A DNA stretch of 64,000 nucleotides from a virus (Duplodnaviria > Caudoviricetes), in the IMG/VR virus record IMGVR_UViG_3300044695_001846, positions 1 through 64,000 of that record; one strand, given 5' to 3'. The notes beneath the pieces were generated by a model. That model was given only the letters and a program-made list of their open reading frames with translations, had not been told where the DNA came from and made no database searches. The translations under genes were made by a program, and so were the position numbers. Shown here in pieces: positions 18,083 to 28,661 of the stretch. Positions within the stretch are counted from its first letter, which is position 1; every line of letters begins with the position of its first letter.

Positions 18083-18670
18083 ATGGCTTTAACAACAGTC
18101 GTGTCAAATGAAGATTTAGTGGTTTTAGGACCACCTTCTTCTGTTTCAGTTTCTGTTGACATTGGTCCAAAGGGTGAACGTGGTGCTAGTTTTTACACTG
18201 GCTTTGGAGATCCTAATACTAATTCTCTATTCTATAGCACTTCAGATATTCCAAAAGTTGGAGATCTTTATTTAAGAAGAGATCTTGGTGCAAACTATGG
18301 TGTTATTTATAGATTAGTTACAGTTACTGGTGGTACTTCGTGGCAATCAGTTTTAAAATTTCAGCCAGTAACTTATAACCTATCTGATAGACCATCTTTT
18401 AATTCTGGAGTTGCATCTGTAACTTTTCCTTTAGAAGATTTTTATTTTAATGCCCCAATAGATTTAAATGTAGAAGATATTATAATCCAGGCTACAGTAG
18501 AATTAGACAATCCTGTAATGCTTTCAATATCAAATAAAGAAATTAAAACTGTCTCTTCGGTAAAAAGTTTGATAACAGAAATAACTGCTGCACAGCTTAA
18601 CGCTGGATCTATTTCAATGTTAAGTGGATCTGCAGCATTAATAAATCTAGGATATTCATTAGGAGTTTAA
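18083..18670 (+). CDS. Virion protein with GPKGERG collagen-like motif (paralogue of 4379-4825)
   Basis: DIGPKGERG...GDP...VGDLYL. Confidence 0.55.
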   Translation: MALTTVVSNEDLVVLGPPSSVSVSVDIGPKGERGASFYTGFGDPNTNSLFYSTSDIPKVGDLYLRRDLGANYGVIYRLVTVTGGTSWQSVLKFQPVTYNLSDRPSFNSGVASVTFPLEDFYFNAPIDLNVEDIIIQATVELDNPVMLSISNKEIKTVSSVKSLITEITAAQLNAGSISMLSGSAALINLGYSLGV

Positions 18671-18671
18671 A

Positions 18672-19355
18672 ATGGCAGAAGATATTAGTTTAAGTAAAAA
18701 AGGTTCTCCCTGGACAATTGATTTTGATACAAAAATTCCAACACTTGGAGAAAATGCAAACATTCAAGACGCATTAAAAATATTTTATTTTGGAAATTCC
18801 CTTGCAAATGAAACTTATGAGAATAAAAGTATTTATCAACATTTTTTAACAATTGAATCACTTACAGATTCTTTAAGTACTGATATTTTTAATCATGACG
18901 ATACCGATACTGATACACATGGTATTGGGGCAGATAATAGCGTAGTTGGAACTGGAACTACACAAACTCTAACAAATAAAACTCTAACATTGCCAAAGAT
19001 TAATGAGAACGTTGCTCTTACTGCTACAGCTACAGAATTAAATATCCTAGATGGTGCAACACTTTCTGTTATAGAATTAAACAAGCTTGATGGAGTAAAT
19101 TCTAGCACTGCTGATTTAAATGTCTTGTTTGGAGTTTCAGCCAGCATCTCTTCAACACAACTAAACTATTTGTCTAGTGCTAGTGCAAATATTCAAACAC
19201 AACTTAATACAAAGTCTCCATTGGCATCTCCAACTTTTACAGGGTCTGTAAATTTGCCAGACGATACAAGTTTTGGTGGAAAAAGATTATTTATACAGGC
19301 AACACAGCCTTTATCTGCTGACAATGGAGATGTCTGGATTAAGATAGGTAGTTAA
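18672..19355 (+). CDS. Tail fibre-like protein
   Basis: TQTLTNKTLT, ATATELNILDG repeats, KSPLASPTFTG, C-terminal P...GDVWI. Confidence 0.7.
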   Translation: MAEDISLSKKGSPWTIDFDTKIPTLGENANIQDALKIFYFGNSLANETYENKSIYQHFLTIESLTDSLSTDIFNHDDTDTDTHGIGADNSVVGTGTTQTLTNKTLTLPKINENVALTATATELNILDGATLSVIELNKLDGVNSSTADLNVLFGVSASISSTQLNYLSSASANIQTQLNTKSPLASPTFTGSVNLPDDTSFGGKRLFIQATQPLSADNGDVWIKIGS

Positions 19356-19356
19356 A

Positions 19357-20769
19357 ATGCCAACATATAATATTGGTGATAACAGTGGTGGATATTATAA
19401 TTACCGTGGAACAAATGTAGATCCAAACGTAGTTGGCTCTTCCGTTGCTACAGGAAACTGGGTAGTATCAAGCTTTACAATTCAAGCTGCTTCAAATTCA
19501 GCAGTTCCTGGATCAAATATTTATGGACTTATTTGGAATTCAGCAGGTACTAAAATCTGGGAATCTGGTGCAGTAGATATGGCTGGATCAGACAATACCC
19601 CACCATTTGCCTCAAGAACGTTTTCTCCTAACATTTATTTAGCAGCAGGAACTTATTACTTTGGATTTTCTAAGTCAGACTCAGCAGCAGTAAACTGGGA
19701 TTGTATAAATGGAAATAATACTAGCCGTACAGGAAATAGTTTTGTTGGAAATCTAACCTCTAGTGGAACTGGAACCGTCTATCGTAGGCTTTGTGGAAAA
19801 ATAAATTATACAGATGTCTATGCTCCAACAATGTCTTCTTGTACTGCAACTGCAAATATTGGGTCCATATCTGTTTCATGGGCAGCATCTTCTGACGGAG
19901 GAACGGGAATTACCTCTTACGCAGTTTATAGAAATAATGATCCTAATCAACTTATTTATAATAGTACAGGAACATCTTTAACAGATAATGTTGGAAATGG
20001 TGTTGGAGCATACTACGTTGTTTACGCCTACAATGCAGTTGGTGTATCTAATGCAGCAGTTTCTTCAACAGCTACAACTCCAAGCGTTCCAACGATGTCT
20101 TCTTGTACTGCAACTGCAAACGTAGGGTCTATTTCTGTATCTTGGGCAGCATCTTCTAACGGAGGAAATGCAATTGATTATTATCACGTTTATAGAAATG
20201 GATCCTACTTGGGTCAATATACAGGAACATCTTTAACAGATAATGTTGGAAATGGTTTTACAGCTTATTATCAAGCTTATGCTCATAATGGTGTAGGATG
20301 GTCTGGTGCTGCAACTTCATCAACAGTTACTACTCCAGTTCCTACAGGTTCCCCAGCAACTTTAGTTGCAGTACCAGATGTAACACAAGTAGTTTTAACA
20401 TGGACAGCCCCTGCTGGTGTACCAACATCTCCAATAACTTCTTATAAACTAGAATTTTCTACAGATAACACAAACTGGACTCAAATATATAATGCTCTTT
20501 CTCCTTTAACTTACACACATACTGAACGTATTCCAGCAACTTTATATTATTATAGAGTTTCTGCAATATCTGCTCCTGGTGCTAGTCCTTTTAACAATGC
20601 TCAAGCTGAAACTATTGGGGGATATGTAAGATACTTTGATAATTTAGGATTTGTTGATTATGTTTTACCAGAATATTATAGTTCTTCTGCAAGTGCCTGG
20701 AAAAAAGCATCTGCCTTTTCATACGAAGATGGTATTTGGGTTCCTGGAGACTACCCTCCAGCAACTTGA
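19357..20769 (+). CDS. Fibronectin type III repeat virion protein
   Basis: Three FN3-like units (VSW..S.DGG..IT.Y; LTWTAP...ITSYK..YYYRVSA); first two are a duplication with about 264-bp period. Confidence 0.8.
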   Translation: MPTYNIGDNSGGYYNYRGTNVDPNVVGSSVATGNWVVSSFTIQAASNSAVPGSNIYGLIWNSAGTKIWESGAVDMAGSDNTPPFASRTFSPNIYLAAGTYYFGFSKSDSAAVNWDCINGNNTSRTGNSFVGNLTSSGTGTVYRRLCGKINYTDVYAPTMSSCTATANIGSISVSWAASSDGGTGITSYAVYRNNDPNQLIYNSTGTSLTDNVGNGVGAYYVVYAYNAVGVSNAAVSSTATTPSVPTMSSCTATANVGSISVSWAASSNGGNAIDYYHVYRNGSYLGQYTGTSLTDNVGNGFTAYYQAYAHNGVGWSGAATSSTVTTPVPTGSPATLVAVPDVTQVVLTWTAPAGVPTSPITSYKLEFSTDNTNWTQIYNALSPLTYTHTERIPATLYYYRVSAISAPGASPFNNAQAETIGGYVRYFDNLGFVDYVLPEYYSSSASAWKKASAFSYEDGIWVPGDYPPAT

Positions 20770-20825
20770 TAATTTTACATATTTAATGTATAATCTATTT
20801 AAGTACTATAGACAGGAGAAATAAA

Positions 20826-21089
20826 ATGGTACTAAAACTAACAAAGTCACAAAAAGAAATGTTGCAATCCTATGGTCGCTCATTTCTAGGTGCAGCACTT
20901 GCACTATATATGGCAGGTAATACAGATGCATACACATATGTCTATGCTTTTGTAGCAGCATTTGCTCCAGTTGCAATTCGTTTCTTTAATAAGAATGACA
21001 TCGCATTTGGAAAAATTTCAGGAAGTTCAACTTCTGAAGAGGTTGCAACAGAAGCTGTAAAAGCAATTAAAAAAGTTACAAAGAAATAA
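20826..21089 (+). CDS. Putative holin / small membrane protein
   Basis: SYGRSFLGAALALY and YAFVAAFAPVAIR hydrophobic helices, basic C-terminus; AGGAG RBS. Confidence 0.55.
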   Translation: MVLKLTKSQKEMLQSYGRSFLGAALALYMAGNTDAYTYVYAFVAAFAPVAIRFFNKNDIAFGKISGSSTSEEVATEAVKAIKKVTKK

Positions 21090-21099
21090 ATAACTTAGT

Positions 21100-22188
21100 A
21101 TGGCTAAACCAACAGTATCATTTTTAACTTATGATTGGACCTTTGGGGTCAAGCCACTACAGCCTAACGGTTGTGGATGGTATAGATGCTATCTTCCAAT
21201 GAAAGAGTTATCCAATCATGGGTGGGAAGCAGGTTTGGGAATTCCAGGATTTAATCCAGAACACGGATTTGGAATTTTAATACCTGATGAGAAAGCTATC
21301 CATGGTTGGGATATTGTTGTTTTAAAACTTATTATGTTAGAAAGATGTGTTGATCAAGTAAGACAGGCAAGAGAATTTGGTCAAAAGATAGTTGTTGATA
21401 TTGATGATTTTATGGAGGGTTTAGAAGAAACTAACCTTGCATATAAAACTACATCTGCAGAATCTAATCCAAATAATAATCGTGATCATTATATAAAAAT
21501 TATTGCACAGGCAGATGCTTTAATTGTTTCTACACCATTCCTAAAAGACTATTATGAAAAAACATATCCAGGAAAGCCAGTGTTTGTGGTTAGAAATGGA
21601 ATTGATATCCATAGATGGAAAATGAGAAATGATCATAGAAGGTATCTCCCACATTTTGGTTGGGTTGGTGCTACACCATGGAGAAGTGGAGATCTTGAAA
21701 CACTTCAACCATTCTTTGGTGAATTTATTAAACAAAAACATTTAAAATTTCATCACGCTGGAAACGTAATTAATGCCCCAAGAGCATCTGACCAACTTGG
21801 TATTGATAAAAACCTTTCTACTATTGAACCAATGAGAACAATGCTTGAGGTTCCAGAACTATACAGAAAAATTGATATTGGAATTGTTCCTTTAAGAGAT
21901 GTTCCATTTAATCATGCAAAATCTTATTTAAAGGGTCTTGAGTACGCAGCGTCTGGTGTTCCTTTTATTGCACAAGCGTTGCCAGAATATCAATTACTTG
22001 CTGATGGTGGAGTTGGAAGAGTTGCAACTACTGCAGATGAATGGCTAGGGCACATGGAAGAATTGTTAGATCCAAATGTTAGAAAACTTGAAAGAGAAAA
22101 GAATTTTGAATTAGTTAGAGATAACTTCTCTATGGATCAGCGTGGACATGATTGGGCAGAAGTCTTAAATCAAATTTATGATATATAA
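21100..22188 (+). CDS. Glycosyltransferase, GT-B fold (GT4-like)
   Basis: GCGWYRC..P, VVDIDD, ADALIVST..L, DIGIVPL...FNHAKSYLKGLEYAASGVPFIA. Confidence 0.8.
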   Translation: MAKPTVSFLTYDWTFGVKPLQPNGCGWYRCYLPMKELSNHGWEAGLGIPGFNPEHGFGILIPDEKAIHGWDIVVLKLIMLERCVDQVRQAREFGQKIVVDIDDFMEGLEETNLAYKTTSAESNPNNNRDHYIKIIAQADALIVSTPFLKDYYEKTYPGKPVFVVRNGIDIHRWKMRNDHRRYLPHFGWVGATPWRSGDLETLQPFFGEFIKQKHLKFHHAGNVINAPRASDQLGIDKNLSTIEPMRTMLEVPELYRKIDIGIVPLRDVPFNHAKSYLKGLEYAASGVPFIAQALPEYQLLADGGVGRVATTADEWLGHMEELLDPNVRKLEREKNFELVRDNFSMDQRGHDWAEVLNQIYDI

Positions 22189-22195
22189 TAGTCTT

Positions 22196-22726
22196 ATGGC
22201 TAAGATATATATAAAAAGTGATGAATATTCGGAACCAGTTAAAACTTTTTTAAAAAGATATATTAGACAAGAGACTCCTCATAACCTAGCAGTTCATGAA
22301 CAAAATGCTGACATATGCATTAGTCTTTTTACACCAGAATATCCAGCAGAACAAAGATTTTTTGCATATCTTTATAATAATGATCAAAGCATGGAAGAGC
22401 TTGCAAATAAAATTTATTATCAATGTTCTAAAGCTGAAATTATGCATAATAAACTTTCTAAAAGATCTATTCCAAGAGAGCAGTACGACATAGATTTTAA
22501 ATGCCCTACGCTTTGCATTAACTTGACAAATGATTCTATAGAAATTGATGAAGAAGTTTATGCAATAGTAATTGGTCAAGGTCTAGTTTCCTATCTTAAT
22601 CCTGGAACTGTCTTTGATACATTTTCAGTAAAAGATAAAATTAAAAAACCAGGGGATAAAAGTTTTGTTAATAGAAAGTATGTTCAACAGCCAACAAATA
22701 ATTCAAAACTTTTATTTAAGAAGTAG
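22196..22726 (+). CDS. Degenerate N-acetylmuramoyl-L-alanine amidase (Amidase_3)-like protein
   Basis: ADICISL / ELANKI / CPTLCINL / AIVIGQGLVSY parallel Amidase_3 blocks but lack the catalytic His/Glu; ATG 22196 lies 6 nt after TATAAT. Confidence 0.4.
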   Translation: MAKIYIKSDEYSEPVKTFLKRYIRQETPHNLAVHEQNADICISLFTPEYPAEQRFFAYLYNNDQSMEELANKIYYQCSKAEIMHNKLSKRSIPREQYDIDFKCPTLCINLTNDSIEIDEEVYAIVIGQGLVSYLNPGTVFDTFSVKDKIKKPGDKSFVNRKYVQQPTNNSKLLFKK

Positions 22727-22937
22727 ATAGAGAAATATATCCTTTAATTCTTTCTATCAAATTGATTCCTGGATAAAAAGATGATCTGCATCCAAGGCAG
22801 TAAAAGAAAACTTTATCACTACTGTCAACTCTAGAAATAATAGTATCGTCAGGATCAAACTGACATTCTATTTTCAATGCTTTATTATTTTTTACAAGAT
22901 CGTTATAATGATTTACTTCTTGAATTGTTAGATTCAT
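22716..22937 (-). CDS. Small hypothetical protein, possible Zn ribbon
   Basis: 73-aa ORF with FYCLGC; AGGAG RBS on the minus strand at about 22945-22949. Confidence 0.6.
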   Translation of the reverse strand: MNLTIQEVNHYNDLVKNNKALKIECQFDPDDTIISRVDSSDKVFFYCLGCRSSFYPGINLIERIKGYISLSTS

Positions 22938-23003
22938 TTGCTTCTCCTTGAATAGTCGTGTAGAATGTATCTATTACATTTTATCAGAAGGACGTGTTAC
23001 AAA

Positions 23004-24947
23004 ATGTCATTTATTGACTCCAACGGATCTATAACAGATCCATACCGCAACTTTATTCATATCTCAAGGTACGCTCGCTGGATTGAAAGCGAAAACCGTA
23101 GAGAGACCTGGCAGGAGACGGTTGACAGATATTGTAACTTTATGAGAGATCATCTTGTTCTTAATCATGGATATAGTCCAAATGCAAAAGTTTTTAATGA
23201 AGTTAGAGAAGCAATCCTAAACCATCACATAATGCCATCTATGAGGGCACTGATGACCGCTGGACCTGCTTTAGAAAGAGATCATATCGCAGCATACAAT
23301 TGTTCTTTCATTGCTGTAGATAGCCCTAGAGCCTTTGACGAGGCTATGTACATTTTAATGAATGGAACTGGTGTTGGCTTTAGCGTTGAGCAAAAGTACA
23401 TTAATCAACTTCCAGTTATTTCAGAATCATTTTTTCAAACAGATACAACTATTGTTATTGATGATTCAAAGCTTGGTTGGGCAAAAGCTTATAAAGAATT
23501 AATTGCCCTTCTTTATCAAGGTCAAATTCCAAACTGGGATACCTCAAAGGTAAGACCATCTGGTGCAAGACTAAAAACTTTTGGTGGTCGTGCTTCTGGT
23601 CCTGAGCCTTTAGTTGACTTGTTTAACTTTACAATTGAAACCTTTAAGATGGCTTCAGGAAGAAGACTTAAGTCAATTGAAGCACATGACATTATGTGTA
23701 AAGTTGGAGAAGTTGTTGTTGTTGGTGGAGTTCGTAGAAGTGCTTTAATTTCTCTTTCTAACTTAGATGATTTTGAAATGGCAAAGGCAAAGAGTGGACA
23801 ATGGTGGGAAGGAAATTCTCAAAGAGCCCTGGCAAATAACTCTGCTGTTTATAATTCAAAGCCAAATACTGCACAGTTCCTTCGTGAATGGCGTAACCTT
23901 TACGAATCAAAGTCAGGAGAACGTGGAATCTATAACATGGACTCTGTTCGTAAGCATATTGATAAGTTTGGTCGTAGAGATTCAAGCCTTGTTGGTGGAA
24001 CAAATCCTTGTGGAGAAATTCTTCTTCGTCCAAATGAATTTTGTAATTTAACCGAGGTTGTAATTGATGCAACTGATACAAAAGAAACCCTGCTTGAAAA
24101 AATTAGACTTGCTACTATTTTAGGAACATGGCAATCTACTTTGACTAACTTTAAGTACATTAGAAAAACTTGGAGAGACAACTGTGAAGAAGAAAGACTT
24201 CTTGGGGTGTCTTTGACAGGCATTTATGGAAATAAGATTACTGCTACAAATGGAAAAGCTCTTGAGGCACTTCTTGATGAGATGAGAGATCTATCTGTTT
24301 CAGTAAATGAAAAAGAGGCTAAGTCTTTAAATATTAATCCATCAGTATCAATTACTTGTGTAAAGCCTTCAGGAACTGTCTCACAGCTTACAGGAGTATC
24401 CTCTGGCATCCACCCATGGTATTCAGAATACTATGTAAGAAGTGTTAGAGCAGATAACAAAGATCCTTTAACACAGTTCTTGAAAGATTCTGGAATTCCA
24501 TTTGAGCCAGACGTTATGAAGCCAGAAGTTACAACAGTATTCTACTTCCCAATCAAGGCTCCAAAAAATGCAGTTCTAACAAAAGACTTAACTGCAATTG
24601 ATCATCTTGAAATGTGGAAGACTTATCGTACACACTGGACAGAACATAATCCTAGCGTTACTGTAAATGTTGAAGAAGATGAATGGATGCGTGTTGGTGC
24701 TTGGGTGTTTGATAACTTTGATTCAATTGGTGGAGTTTCATTTCTTCCATCAGTTGAGCATTCTTACAAGCAAGCCCCATATCAGGAAATTTCAAAAGAA
24801 GATTATGAGTCGTGGGTAAAAAAGATGCCTGACTCAATTAGGTGGGAAATGCTTTCGTTGTATGAAACAACAGATGGAACAACTGGAAGTCAAGAGCTAT
24901 CCTGTGTTGCTGGAGCATGTGAGATTGTAGATATTTCAAGCAATTAA
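23004..24947 (+). CDS. nrdJ: Class II (adenosylcobalamin-dependent) ribonucleotide reductase
   Basis: YNC, GGVRRSA, TNPCGE, TCVKPSGT, EHNPSVT and C-terminal CVAGAC; no beta-subunit gene nearby; ATG 23004 preferred (GAAGGA upstream). Confidence 0.9.
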   Translation: MSFIDSNGSITDPYRNFIHISRYARWIESENRRETWQETVDRYCNFMRDHLVLNHGYSPNAKVFNEVREAILNHHIMPSMRALMTAGPALERDHIAAYNCSFIAVDSPRAFDEAMYILMNGTGVGFSVEQKYINQLPVISESFFQTDTTIVIDDSKLGWAKAYKELIALLYQGQIPNWDTSKVRPSGARLKTFGGRASGPEPLVDLFNFTIETFKMASGRRLKSIEAHDIMCKVGEVVVVGGVRRSALISLSNLDDFEMAKAKSGQWWEGNSQRALANNSAVYNSKPNTAQFLREWRNLYESKSGERGIYNMDSVRKHIDKFGRRDSSLVGGTNPCGEILLRPNEFCNLTEVVIDATDTKETLLEKIRLATILGTWQSTLTNFKYIRKTWRDNCEEERLLGVSLTGIYGNKITATNGKALEALLDEMRDLSVSVNEKEAKSLNINPSVSITCVKPSGTVSQLTGVSSGIHPWYSEYYVRSVRADNKDPLTQFLKDSGIPFEPDVMKPEVTTVFYFPIKAPKNAVLTKDLTAIDHLEMWKTYRTHWTEHNPSVTVNVEEDEWMRVGAWVFDNFDSIGGVSFLPSVEHSYKQAPYQEISKEDYESWVKKMPDSIRWEMLSLYETTDGTTGSQELSCVAGACEIVDISSN

Positions 24948-24983
24948 AACCCTCTTTGTGATAAAATAGATTAGAGGTACTCA

Positions 24984-27900
24984 ATGTCTTACAAAAATGC
25001 AAATCTTTATGCTTCAAGAGTGTTTGCAGAGCACCCAATTGCTTTATGGTCCTTAGATGAAGATTACTTTTTTCTTTCATTAGTTCCTGAAAGTGATAAA
25101 AAGATTACTGATTCTACATGGTCAATTTCTGGGGGACAATACTCTTCATCAACAACTTTTCCAGAAAATGCACCAATTATAGGAGACTATACTAGTAAAT
25201 TTTTTATTCCAACATCTTCTAGTTCTCAGTACATTGACATAATTGGGGATCCTATAGTTTATCAAGATTCTATTGATGAGGCTAAAGGAAGTATTTGTTT
25301 TAGCTTAAATGTCTTTGCTCCAGTTGGAAAAAATGTTGCAACCTACGATATAGGGTTTATTGTAGGAGGGCAAAGATACTATTTAAATCATACAGTTGAA
25401 TCAGAAGGATCCTGGCAAAAAATTTCTTATACAAAACAAATTACTTCAACAGAAAATTTGACACCATTCATAAAAATAAACTATAGTGACAATTTAGAAA
25501 CGGGAGAAGTAAATTCTCCTGTGTATATAAATGGGCTGTCTGTAGGACAATGGTCAGAACCGTATAATCATAAAAATACTGGAGTTTTTTCAGAAGAGTT
25601 GCCAGAGAGCCTAACATCCTTACTTCCCTATGCTGGATTTTTAAAAGGATTAAGGTTAGACGCTTATGGATTTAATGATTTAGACGATGCTTATATTATT
25701 CAAGAAAGAAAAAGACTTCTTGCAGAAAAAGCAAATGTTCCTATGGTGTATGGATCAAGAAACAATGTTTCAATATTTTCAAAAAATTCACTAGAAGTAT
25801 TTGAAGACTTTGCAAGTGGCGGATCTTCTTTTGAATCTGTATTTATAGATTTAATAGATGGAGGATCCTCTAGTGCTACCTTTACAAGTTCTGTTGATGC
25901 AGGAACTTCTTCTTATCTAAATGAAGATATTTTGCTTCCATCAATTATTTTTCCAGGAAAAGGATTTTTAAACAATTCTGGAAAGTACACAAACCTAACT
26001 GCAGAATTCTGGTTAAGAATAAACAATGAAAGTGTTTCTCCAGTTAGAATATTTGGACCACTTACTTCAGATGATGGAATTTATGTAGAGTCAAGTTTTA
26101 TTACAATAATAGTTGGAAAGCACGTTAAGTCATACTTTATTGGAAGTTGGTATAGACCAATGCTTGTTCATTTTAATCAAAGTCCAAATGAAATATCCTT
26201 AATGATAAATGGAGAAAAAATTATATCTATACCAGTTGACTTAGAGCTTATAGAAAGTCTGACATCAGAGTCTGAAGATTTCTTAGCATTTTTTGGGGAC
26301 GATAAAATTTCTATTTTTGAAATAGATTGTTTTTCAATATTTCCATATATAGTATCAGAACAAATTGCAAAAAGAAGATATGTTTATGGTCAAGGAGTAG
26401 AGGAGCAAGACAGCCTCCTGGAAAATATTAATGGAGATCTTCATCAAATTGATTTTGCTTTTTCTGGATACGGCTCAACAATTAGTTATCCAGATAGAAC
26501 TCAGTGGGACAGTGGGTACTTTAATAACTTAAAGGTAGACTCGTCAGGACTAGCTTTAATAGACTATAACTTGCCAGAAGTTTTATTTAACTATGTTTCT
26601 GCATCAGCAACGGTAACACAGCTACAAAGTGAAAACTTTTTATCCTCATTTGAATCAGACAATTTTTTAATTCAAGATGAGACCTATCCTTTTCTATCAA
26701 TGTCTCCAAGTGCAAGCTATTCAAACTACTATGGAACTCTGCATTTCTCTAAATTAAATCAATTAAATCATCCAACTTCTTCCATCTACGGAATTTTTAA
26801 AGCACCAGAAGGAATTAATCAAGAGCAAACTGTTCTATATTTTGAAAATTCTAGAAATAACGATTATTTTAAAGTAGCATTAAGTTCTGGTAGTTTGCAA
26901 TATATCTACAATGGGTCAGTTTTAACTAAGACCCCAGTGTCTGGTGGAGAATTCTTTGCAGCTGGATTTGATATAGATAAGATTTCAACAACTTACGCTT
27001 CACAAATAAAAAACTTTTTTTCAAATCCTGAAACCATATCTTTTAATGTGGCTGGATATGGTCAAAGTAAGTTCTATGGAAAAATGTTTTCTTTAACAAT
27101 TAACAACAAATTCTACACACAAAAAGATTCTTTGTTTAATGAATTTGGAATTGCAGAAAAAACCTTTACTGGAGACAAGTTTTCCTATGTTGGATCATAC
27201 ACTCTAGTTCCAAAAACTTCCAACTCTACAGTATATTTAGACATAGCATCTTCAGGATATTGGGAAAGCTCTATCCCACTTTCTTATTTTGGAAAATATA
27301 TAACTGATTCAAAAGGAAATAGAGTATATGATTTAGATTTGATTCAATTCAATATTGATGCTCCAACTAGCCCATTTATTATAGGAGATGAAGTTTCAAC
27401 AGATTTTCAAAACTCTAGTCCAGTCAAGTCATACATAACTTTACAAGAAAAAACAAATGTTGGTATGGTTCCATATACAGACTATGTTTTAACCAGGTTG
27501 ATATCTCAAGAAAGTAAGATTTTAGATTTTGATGAAGAAAACGATTTAGAAACAACAAAGTTTCTTGTATCAGATGGAACAATCGTATTCCCTCCAGACT
27601 TTATAGGAAATTTTTCAGATTACTATATAGGGGTACATATTGAGTTAAAGTCAGATGGAACAAAGACAAACAACTTAAAAGTTAAAAGAATGTCTTTTGC
27701 ATCTTTATCATTTGATGAATCAGAGTTTTTTGCAATAAATACTACTGGTGGAAGAAAGGTTTATCCAATTGTTAAGACGCAAGACCAATATGTTTATGAT
27801 CAAAAAAATCCAGTAATTATAGATATTGAGTCTAGCCCTTACTTATATCTAACAAAAAATTCTGGAATACATGTTGCACCATACTTAGAGGAAAGTGGTC

Positions 27901-28643
27901 TTGAAAGAGGAATATCTTTTCCAATTAATCCAGAGCTAAGACCTAGCTTCACAGCAGCTGGAATTCAACTATTTATGATGTTTGACAAAGAAAGACTTTT
28001 TTCTTCAAGACAGTTGTTAGGAAGAATTATTTCATCAGACAGATCTGTAGACATTGTTTTAGTTCCAGAAGAAGATCAAAAAAGAGCCTCTCTAAAGTTT
28101 TTTGACACATTTACACAGAATGAAGAAACTGGATTTAAAGCATTTTTAAATGGAAGGTTCAGCGACAATATTTTAATTAGACCTCTTGAATGGAACGTTC
28201 TTACCGTTTCTTTTGAATCCAGCTCCTTTGAATTAAATTCAAGAATTGCACAGCTAGAAATTTATTCAGGAATAGTTGTTAATAATGTTTCTATCTTTAA
28301 AAAATCTACCGAAGTTTCTAGCATATCAGAATCTTCAAATGAGTGGATCAATGTACTTAGAGACCTAGACGTTTATGGAGCAGCTCAGCCAGAATTTGAT
28401 TGGGACTATTGGCAGGATGATACTGAGCAGGGTGGTGTTGGATTTGCTACATGGACTAACGTTCTTAATTTCCAAAGGAATACTGCAGTAAAAATTACTA
28501 TCAATGGAGAAGGAATTTTTAATTCATATACTGGTCTTTCTTCTGTAGTATCTGATGATAATAGTATGCTCAATGTCAATTTTGACAGTATAAGACTGTT
28601 TAATGACGTAACCTGGGACACTTTTGTGACAAAACCTGTATAG
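24984..28643 (+). CDS. Large virion structural protein with concanavalin A/LamG-like domains
   Basis: AEHPIALWSLDE N-terminus, LTAEFWLRI and LMINGE LamG-like strands; upstream of the portal. Confidence 0.55.
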   Translation: MSYKNANLYASRVFAEHPIALWSLDEDYFFLSLVPESDKKITDSTWSISGGQYSSSTTFPENAPIIGDYTSKFFIPTSSSSQYIDIIGDPIVYQDSIDEAKGSICFSLNVFAPVGKNVATYDIGFIVGGQRYYLNHTVESEGSWQKISYTKQITSTENLTPFIKINYSDNLETGEVNSPVYINGLSVGQWSEPYNHKNTGVFSEELPESLTSLLPYAGFLKGLRLDAYGFNDLDDAYIIQERKRLLAEKANVPMVYGSRNNVSIFSKNSLEVFEDFASGGSSFESVFIDLIDGGSSSATFTSSVDAGTSSYLNEDILLPSIIFPGKGFLNNSGKYTNLTAEFWLRINNESVSPVRIFGPLTSDDGIYVESSFITIIVGKHVKSYFIGSWYRPMLVHFNQSPNEISLMINGEKIISIPVDLELIESLTSESEDFLAFFGDDKISIFEIDCFSIFPYIVSEQIAKRRYVYGQGVEEQDSLLENINGDLHQIDFAFSGYGSTISYPDRTQWDSGYFNNLKVDSSGLALIDYNLPEVLFNYVSASATVTQLQSENFLSSFESDNFLIQDETYPFLSMSPSASYSNYYGTLHFSKLNQLNHPTSSIYGIFKAPEGINQEQTVLYFENSRNNDYFKVALSSGSLQYIYNGSVLTKTPVSGGEFFAAGFDIDKISTTYASQIKNFFSNPETISFNVAGYGQSKFYGKMFSLTINNKFYTQKDSLFNEFGIAEKTFTGDKFSYVGSYTLVPKTSNSTVYLDIASSGYWESSIPLSYFGKYITDSKGNRVYDLDLIQFNIDAPTSPFIIGDEVSTDFQNSSPVKSYITLQEKTNVGMVPYTDYVLTRLISQESKILDFDEENDLETTKFLVSDGTIVFPPDFIGNFSDYYIGVHIELKSDGTKTNNLKVKRMSFASLSFDESEFFAINTTGGRKVYPIVKTQDQYVYDQKNPVIIDIESSPYLYLTKNSGIHVAPYLEESGLERGISFPINPELRPSFTAAGIQLFMMFDKERLFSSRQLLGRIISSDRSVDIVLVPEEDQKRASLKFFDTFTQNEETGFKAFLNGRFSDNILIRPLEWNVLTVSFESSSFELNSRIAQLEIYSGIVVNNVSIFKKSTEVSSISESSNEWINVLRDLDVYGAAQPEFDWDYWQDDTEQGGVGFATWTNVLNFQRNTAVKITINGEGIFNSYTGLSSVVSDDNSMLNVNFDSIRLFNDVTWDTFVTKPV

Positions 28644-28646
28644 TCG

Positions 28647-28655
28647 TGGTACAAT
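28647..28655 (+). promoter_or_regulatory. Extended -10 promoter TGGTACAAT for the head operon
   Basis: 6 nt before ATG 28662. Confidence 0.65.
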
Positions 28656-28661
28656 AATGTC

